Source of the DNA: Armatimonadota bacterium
GTDB taxonomy: Bacteria; Armatimonadota; SYMT01
DNA length: 64,000 bases
Assembly: GCA_041690135.1 (NCBI GenBank)
Contig: JAWLHY010000016.1
Span: 1 to 64,000, forward strand
Reading direction: 5' to 3'
In this document: piece by piece, positions 58,851 to 64,000 of the stretch
Layout of the letters: every line of letters begins with the position of its first letter
Numbering within the stretch: position 1 is the stretch's first letter
The notes under the pieces: model-generated
What the model was told of the DNA's origin: nothing
What the model saw: only the letters and a program-made list of their open reading frames with translations
The model's database searches: none
Made by a program: the position numbers and the translations under genes

Positions 58851-59612
58851 TTACGGCTTCCGGGCCACCAGGATGCACCGCGAACAATCGAGTGTGAACG
58901 GACGACCGTCGACGGCCCCATACAGCTCCACCTCCACGAAACCGCAGCTCTCCAGCAGCCTGCGGAGCTCGTGCGGCAGATACATCTTGGTGCGGCTGGT
59001 CTTCCGGTGCTCCCGACCGTCCGGTGCCGTGTAACTCCAGACCTGCTCGATCATGCCGGTGAGGAAATCCGGAGTGGCGGCGCGGGTCACTTCCGTCTCG
59101 CCGTAACGGGTGCCGTAGCGGAGACGGACCGCCGGCTGGAACTCGCGGAGCAGGCGGGGCGTGCTGTAGTAGTCCAGGGCGAACCGTCCCCCGGGGCGCA
59201 GCGCTTCGAAGGCACGCCGGAGCATCTCCCGGTTGCGGGCGTCCTCGGAAGCGTAGCCGAAGCTGGACCACCAGTTAAAGGCGCCGTCACACGGGCGCTC
59301 CGGTAGGAACCGGAAAGAGTCGCCCACATAGAACTCGCAGGAGAGCTCCGCCGCCCGTGCCTGTTCCTCCGCGCGCCGGATGTAGTTGGCTGCCAGGTCC
59401 ACACCGATCGTGCGCATCCCCAGCCTGGCCAGCGGCAGGCTCATCCGGCCGAGGCCGCAGCCCTGATCGAACACAGTGTCACCGGCTCGCAGCTCCAACT
59501 TCCGGACGAGAAACTCCGCTGCTTCCGTCGCGCCTGCATCGTCCTCGGCGATAGCCATTACCACGTCCGCGAAGGTATCGTCGTAGAACCCTTCCCACCA
59601 ATCGGCACTCAC
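58851..59612 (-). CDS. class I SAM-dependent methyltransferase
   Basis: FDQGCGLGR, GVD, GD, WWSSFGY, LRPGGRF. Confidence 0.9.
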   Translation of the reverse strand: MSADWWEGFYDDTFADVVMAIAEDDAGATEAAEFLVRKLELRAGDTVFDQGCGLGRMSLPLARLGMRTIGVDLAANYIRRAEEQARAAELSCEFYVGDSFRFLPERPCDGAFNWWSSFGYASEDARNREMLRRAFEALRPGGRFALDYYSTPRLLREFQPAVRLRYGTRYGETEVTRAATPDFLTGMIEQVWSYTAPDGREHRKTSRTKMYLPHELRRLLESCGFVEVELYGAVDGRPFTLDCSRCILVARKP

Positions 59613-59624
59613 ATCCCGCTCCTT

Positions 59625-60515
59625 TCAGGCAGTCGCGGCCAGGGCGGCGGCCGTGGGTATAGGCAGAACGACACCCTCGGGAAGGCGGTAGTCGATCAGC
59701 GCAGTGCCGGTGGACCGGTTATCGGCATTGGGAGCCCCGATGCCGGCGGCGTAATCCCCCAGGTGCACCGTGCGAAAATCGATGCTGAACCGGGTGCGCC
59801 CCGTCTCGTTGGCCAGGGTGCGGTGCAACTGTGCCCCCGCGAAGACCAGTAGATCTCCCGCCCGGCACGAGAAGCCGAAGGAACGCGCGCCTGCGAGGTC
59901 ACCACGGAAGCCCGGGTAGAGAGCTTCCGTGCCGGCGTTCCGATCCTGCCAGCCGATCCGCAGACTGCGACGGTCGCGGATCCAGGTGTCGTAATCGAAC
60001 GCTTCCGAGTCGTTCTCCACGGGACGGTCGAGGTAGTCCGGATAAAAGACGAAGGTCTCCGCTTCGTCGACGTCGTGCAAGGGGATCCACCAACTGATCT
60101 GACTCTGGGGATGCGAATACCAGGTGTCCCGGTGTGTGTAGTAGATGGGCGCCGCCTGGGGAATGCGATGAGCCCCATCCGCTATGACCCGCATCCGCAG
60201 CGGGTCCAGCGCATTCTCTTCCGGCCGGAACCCAAAGCTGGAAATGATCTCCCCGATGGCGGTGAAGAAGCGGTCTTCCTGGTAGAGCCGCTTGCGCAGC
60301 CGGCCGATCGCCTGGAAGAACTCGTCACCGGACAGGCGGAACTGCGCCTCCCGAGCCGGGCCGTCCTGGCCCAACTCCGCTTCGACGAGACCGCCGACCT
60401 CACCCACCAGGCGCTCCGTGACCGGCGTGCGGTCGAGCAGAAGAACCGTTCCGTTGTAGATCGCATTCCGAAAGCTATGCTCGTCTTCCGGTGCGTGGCG
60501 TTGGATCTGGACCAT
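59625..60515 (-). CDS. putative Fe(II)/2-oxoglutarate-dependent oxygenase
   Basis: HRDTWY (HxD), WWIPL, GDLLVF.G.QLHRT (distal His), TRFSIDFR (RxS). Confidence 0.7.
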   Translation of the reverse strand: MVQIQRHAPEDEHSFRNAIYNGTVLLLDRTPVTERLVGEVGGLVEAELGQDGPAREAQFRLSGDEFFQAIGRLRKRLYQEDRFFTAIGEIISSFGFRPEENALDPLRMRVIADGAHRIPQAAPIYYTHRDTWYSHPQSQISWWIPLHDVDEAETFVFYPDYLDRPVENDSEAFDYDTWIRDRRSLRIGWQDRNAGTEALYPGFRGDLAGARSFGFSCRAGDLLVFAGAQLHRTLANETGRTRFSIDFRTVHLGDYAAGIGAPNADNRSTGTALIDYRLPEGVVLPIPTAAALAATA

Positions 60516-60527
60516 CGTTCTCTCCTC

Positions 60528-62441
60528 TCAGTACAGCCCTAACCGTTGCTGAAGAATGCCTGTACAGAGCACCGTCATCAGCACCGGGTCGGCGGCGGCG
60601 CGTTCCTGGGGCGATAAGGTGGGAAGGCGGTCGAGCCACTGTCGGAGTTTTCGCCCATCGAAGAACGGGACCGCGGGTGCGAGGGTCCGAAGCTGCTCCT
60701 CCAGGCGTGCCCCGACTTGCGGATTGCTGAAGCGACACAGGGGTGGCGCCAGGAACGGATGTTTCTCCCGGCGGTACACCGTATCCGTCAGCACCGGCCG
60801 GGCTGCTTCGCGCAGGACGTACTTTTCCACACCGCCGCGAACTTTCATACTCATTGGCATCTCGCGTATGAGTCCGGCGAGGGGGTGATCGAGGAACGGC
60901 ACCCGGCCCTCGACCGAATGCGCCATTTCCGTGCCGTCCCCCAGGGTGCGCAGGATGTAGTTCGCCAGAGCCGTCTTATTCCACAGGTAGAGGGACTGGT
61001 CTACGCGGCTACGGCCCGACAGTTGGCCCTCGACATCCGTCGCGGCGAGCAAGTCCGCGAAGGCATCGCGACCGCCGTGCTCCGCAAGGAAGTCCTCGGA
61101 GAGGACCTGGCGCATCCGGTGGCCGAAGGTCGCCTTGGCTTCCAGGAAGGTCGGTACGAAGCCGAGCCGGGAGCGGACCGACTCCAGCGGGAGTCCATCG
61201 CCGTGCGGCAGCATGATCCCCGCCGAGACCGTGTTGGTGGCAGCGAGGCGCTTCAGCACGCCCCCCTCGTCTGGCGTGTCGCTCTCTCCTACCATCAGGT
61301 CGCGTCGCAGGTGGGCGTAACCGGCCAGGATCTCGTCGGAGCCCTCTCCCGTCAGCACGACCTTGTAGCCGGCCCGCCGGATGGCGCGGGAGAGCAGAAA
61401 TTTCGCGGGAAGGTGACCGTTGATGGCCAGGCCCTCGCAGAAGGAGACCGCCTCGGGAAGGCACTCCACCAGGTCTTCCTGGGATACCCGCACCTCTTGG
61501 AGGACCGCACCCGCGCGCCGGGCGGTTTCCGCGGCGATAGCCAGTTCATCGTACGGGGCGGTATCGAAGCTCACGGTGAAGCAGTGCACCGGCGCGGAGC
61601 TGAGGCGGGCGGCAAACCCCAGGACCGCGCTGGAGTCCAGGCCCCCACTGAGGTGACATGCCACGGGCACGTCGGCCCGGAGCCGCAGCCGGACGGCCTC
61701 CTCCAGGCCCGCCCGGAACCGGTCAATCTGCTCCGCCTCCGAGGCCGGGCCGTCCGCTTTCTCACGCGGATAGTCGAGGTCCCAGTAGCGAGCGGTGCGC
61801 AGAGTATCCTCTTCCTGCAAGAGGTAGTGCCCCGGTGGAAGCTGCCGGACGTTCCGGAAGAGCGTGCGCTGGGGCAGCACATACTGCAGGGTGGCCGCAT
61901 GGAAGAAGGATTCCGGGTCCCACGCCGCCTCGGTTCCGGAGGCGAACAGCGCCTTCGCCTCGGAGGCTACTCGCAGCGTGCTCCGCTGCACGGAGTAGTA
62001 GAGTGGCTTGATCCCGAACCGGTCCCGAGCCGCGAAGAGGCGTTTCCGCCGCTCGTCCCAGAGCACGAACGCGAACTCCCCCCGCAAATACTCGAGGCAG
62101 TCCAGGCCATGCTCTTCGTAGAGGTGTACCAGGATCTCGCTGTCGCTTCCGGTCCGAAACCGGTGGCCCCGTTCCTGGAGCCGGCGGCGAATGCGCTCGA
62201 AGTCGTAGAACTCTCCATTGACGACCGCCTGGACCTGCCCGTCTTCGCTGGCAAGCGGCTGGGCGCCGCCCTGCAGGTCGATGATGCTCAGCCGGGCATG
62301 GGCCAGGCCGACGCTCCCATCCGGCGACAACCAAACCCCCTGCCCGTCCGGCCCCCGGTGGCGCATCATCCCCAGTGCCTTCTGCAGGGATTCAGGTTCG
62401 ACTGCGCTGTTCTGTGATTGGATGGCGATAATACCGCACAT
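60528..62441 (-). CDS. asnB: asparagine synthetase B-family glutamine amidotransferase
   Basis: MCGI, HRGPD, RLSIID, NGE, RDRFGIKPLY, LSGGLDSS, TGEGSDE, VEGRVPFLD. Confidence 0.93.
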   Translation of the reverse strand: MCGIIAIQSQNSAVEPESLQKALGMMRHRGPDGQGVWLSPDGSVGLAHARLSIIDLQGGAQPLASEDGQVQAVVNGEFYDFERIRRRLQERGHRFRTGSDSEILVHLYEEHGLDCLEYLRGEFAFVLWDERRKRLFAARDRFGIKPLYYSVQRSTLRVASEAKALFASGTEAAWDPESFFHAATLQYVLPQRTLFRNVRQLPPGHYLLQEEDTLRTARYWDLDYPREKADGPASEAEQIDRFRAGLEEAVRLRLRADVPVACHLSGGLDSSAVLGFAARLSSAPVHCFTVSFDTAPYDELAIAAETARRAGAVLQEVRVSQEDLVECLPEAVSFCEGLAINGHLPAKFLLSRAIRRAGYKVVLTGEGSDEILAGYAHLRRDLMVGESDTPDEGGVLKRLAATNTVSAGIMLPHGDGLPLESVRSRLGFVPTFLEAKATFGHRMRQVLSEDFLAEHGGRDAFADLLAATDVEGQLSGRSRVDQSLYLWNKTALANYILRTLGDGTEMAHSVEGRVPFLDHPLAGLIREMPMSMKVRGGVEKYVLREAARPVLTDTVYRREKHPFLAPPLCRFSNPQVGARLEEQLRTLAPAVPFFDGRKLRQWLDRLPTLSPQERAAADPVLMTVLCTGILQQRLGLY

Positions 62442-62454
62442 AGTTCGGGTATGA

Positions 62455-63405
62455 CTAGGAGGCGTTGCTGTGGGAGAGGGTCAGGAATACCTTCTTCGCT
62501 TCTCGACCGGAGGCGGCGGCAAAGGCTTCCTGGTAGGCCGCGAGGGGGTAGACCGGCCCCAACAGGTCTTCCAGTTCGAGCCCTCCGCCCGCCGCCAGAT
62601 CCAGGGCCGAGGAGAAGGGGGCGTAGTTCACCGCGTGAAAGGTGACTTCTTTCAGGACGGCGGCACGGAGGTCGAGGGCCACCGGTTGACAGGGACGACT
62701 TTTGAGCACCACTTTCCCGCCGGGACGCACCGCCCGTAACACGAAGTCCAGCGCGCTCTCCGTGGCCACAGTTTCCACCACAAAATCAAAGGAAGAATCT
62801 TCGACTTCATACGCGGATATACAAGGGTCATACGCGACCACGTCCGGGAAGCCCTGCGACTTGAGCAGAGTGAGGGTGAGTTGCGCGATGCGATTGTCGC
62901 CGTAGATGAGCCCGCGCGCGTTCGGTTGGAAACCGGCCTTCAGGACCGCCAGCGACGCCGCAATCGGTTCTGCATAAGCGGCCAGGGTGGCGGGTAGCTT
63001 TGGCGGGACAACGTACGCGTTCCGCTCCGGCACAACGACGTACTCCGCGAAGGCGCCGTCCAGGTCCACACCCAGCATGCGTGGATGGAGGCAGCGGAGC
63101 GCCGTGCCGAAGTCCGAGCAGCAGCCCCGGCACGTCCCGCACTCGATCCACGGCATTACCGCGACCCGATCGCCCACGGTCACCTTTCGGACCTGCTCCC
63201 CTACCCTCTCGACCACGCCGGAAAACTCGTGGCCGAGGATGAGCGGCTCCGGACCGGGCAGGCGTCCTTCCGCGGCATAAAGGTCCGTCCGGCAGATTCC
63301 GGCGACCTCCACGCGGATTAACACGTCATCCACGGCCCGAACCTCCGGTGGAGGCACCTCATTAAGGGTCGTCTTTCCACCGCTGCGAATTACTGCCTGC
63401 ATCAT
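62455..63405 (-). CDS. zinc-dependent MDR alcohol dehydrogenase-like protein
   Basis: GICRTD, GHE, CGTCRGC...C, DGAFAEY, EP; Rossmann glycine motif atypical. Confidence 0.85.
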   Translation of the reverse strand: MMQAVIRSGGKTTLNEVPPPEVRAVDDVLIRVEVAGICRTDLYAAEGRLPGPEPLILGHEFSGVVERVGEQVRKVTVGDRVAVMPWIECGTCRGCCSDFGTALRCLHPRMLGVDLDGAFAEYVVVPERNAYVVPPKLPATLAAYAEPIAASLAVLKAGFQPNARGLIYGDNRIAQLTLTLLKSQGFPDVVAYDPCISAYEVEDSSFDFVVETVATESALDFVLRAVRPGGKVVLKSRPCQPVALDLRAAVLKEVTFHAVNYAPFSSALDLAAGGGLELEDLLGPVYPLAAYQEAFAAASGREAKKVFLTLSHSNAS

Positions 63406-63580
63406 CCCCACCTTCGGCGCTCCTGCTCCTGGTCGTTTATCGGCCAATCGCGGTGAGCACACGATACCCCAATCGCGGGAGCCGTGTCCGCGATTTCGGC
63501 GTGCTGCTCCTCTGCTTTAGGATGCGGCAGGCGGCGTGACGGCAGCGTGACGGGCAGGAGGTGGGGAGCGTAACCGGGGG

Positions 63581-64000
63581 TCAGGATGCGGCTAATTCAC
63601 CCAGGCGGGCGAGGGCGGCTTCTACTTCGGGGGTCCAGCAGGAGGCGTTCAGGCGGAGGAAGTTGCGGTAGGCGCCCTTGGGGGAGAAGATGGGGCCGGG
63701 AGCGAAGGTGATGCCTTCTTTCAGGGCTCGCTGGTAGAGGTGCAGGGCATCGATCTGGGGCGGCAGCTCAACCCACACGATAAACCCGCCCTCGGGCCGG
63801 GTGGCGCGGGTGCCGGCGGGGAAGTAGCGTCGCACCGCCTGTGCCACTAGGCCCACCTGCCGGGCGTAGATGGCCGTCACCCGGCGGAGATACCGCTCGT
63901 AACCGCCGGCACCCAGGTACTCGGCGATGGCGAGCTGGGGCAGCGTGGCCGTGGAGAGGCTGTGGCAGAACTTGAGGTGCTCCACCTGCCGGAAGAAGCG
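63581..64000 (-). CDS. PLP-dependent MocR/GntR-type regulator or class I aminotransferase, C-terminal part (runs off the window)
   Basis: QLAIAEYL..GGYERYLRR, P.GGF.VWVELP, APG.IFS, LRLN. Confidence 0.85.
   Translation of the reverse strand, partial: RFFRQVEHLKFCHSLSTATLPQLAIAEYLGAGGYERYLRRVTAIYARQVGLVAQAVRRYFPAGTRATRPEGGFIVWVELPPQIDALHLYQRALKEGITFAPGPIFSPKGAYRNFLRLNASCWTPEVEAALARLGELAAS

Overview
GC-rich bacterial chromosomal window. The gene content and style suggest Armatimonadota or a similar phylum, but this is inference. It holds about 50 CDS and 2 tRNAs (Phe-GAA, Thr-CGT); I saw no rRNA, CRISPR array, transposase or integrase. Main blocks: (1) a minus-strand unit of acyl-CoA synthetase, class III cyclase-TIR-AAA ATPase, TIR-AAA ATPase, histidine kinase and response regulator; (2) a peroxiredoxin-like gene missed by the ORF track, with an in-frame UGA at the catalytic position and a SECIS-like hairpin (probable selenoprotein); (3) an Rrf2 regulator with two exported c-type heme proteins; (4) a type IV pilus cluster (pilMNO, pilP-like, pilBTC) ending in a SigB/F-type sigma factor fused to a catalytically dead GGDEF domain that keeps the RxxD c-di-GMP site; (5) stress-type genes sharing a GTTT-N15-17-GGGWAW promoter motif, plus a second SigB/F-type sigma, a Gre-like factor and a ParB without ParA; (6) sugar ABC genes, folC and mqnC; (7) a compact unassigned biosynthetic cluster (MocR-like regulator, Zn-ADH, AsnB, Fe/2OG-like oxygenase, methyltransferase, A-T-R NRPS-like enzyme, NadR-like kinase/nucleotidyltransferase). 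Best candidates for undescribed biology: the sigma-GGDEF fusion at the pilus locus, the selenoprotein, the cyclase-TIR-AAA pair and the A-T-R/NadR cluster. All calls come from reading motifs by eye; no database search was run.
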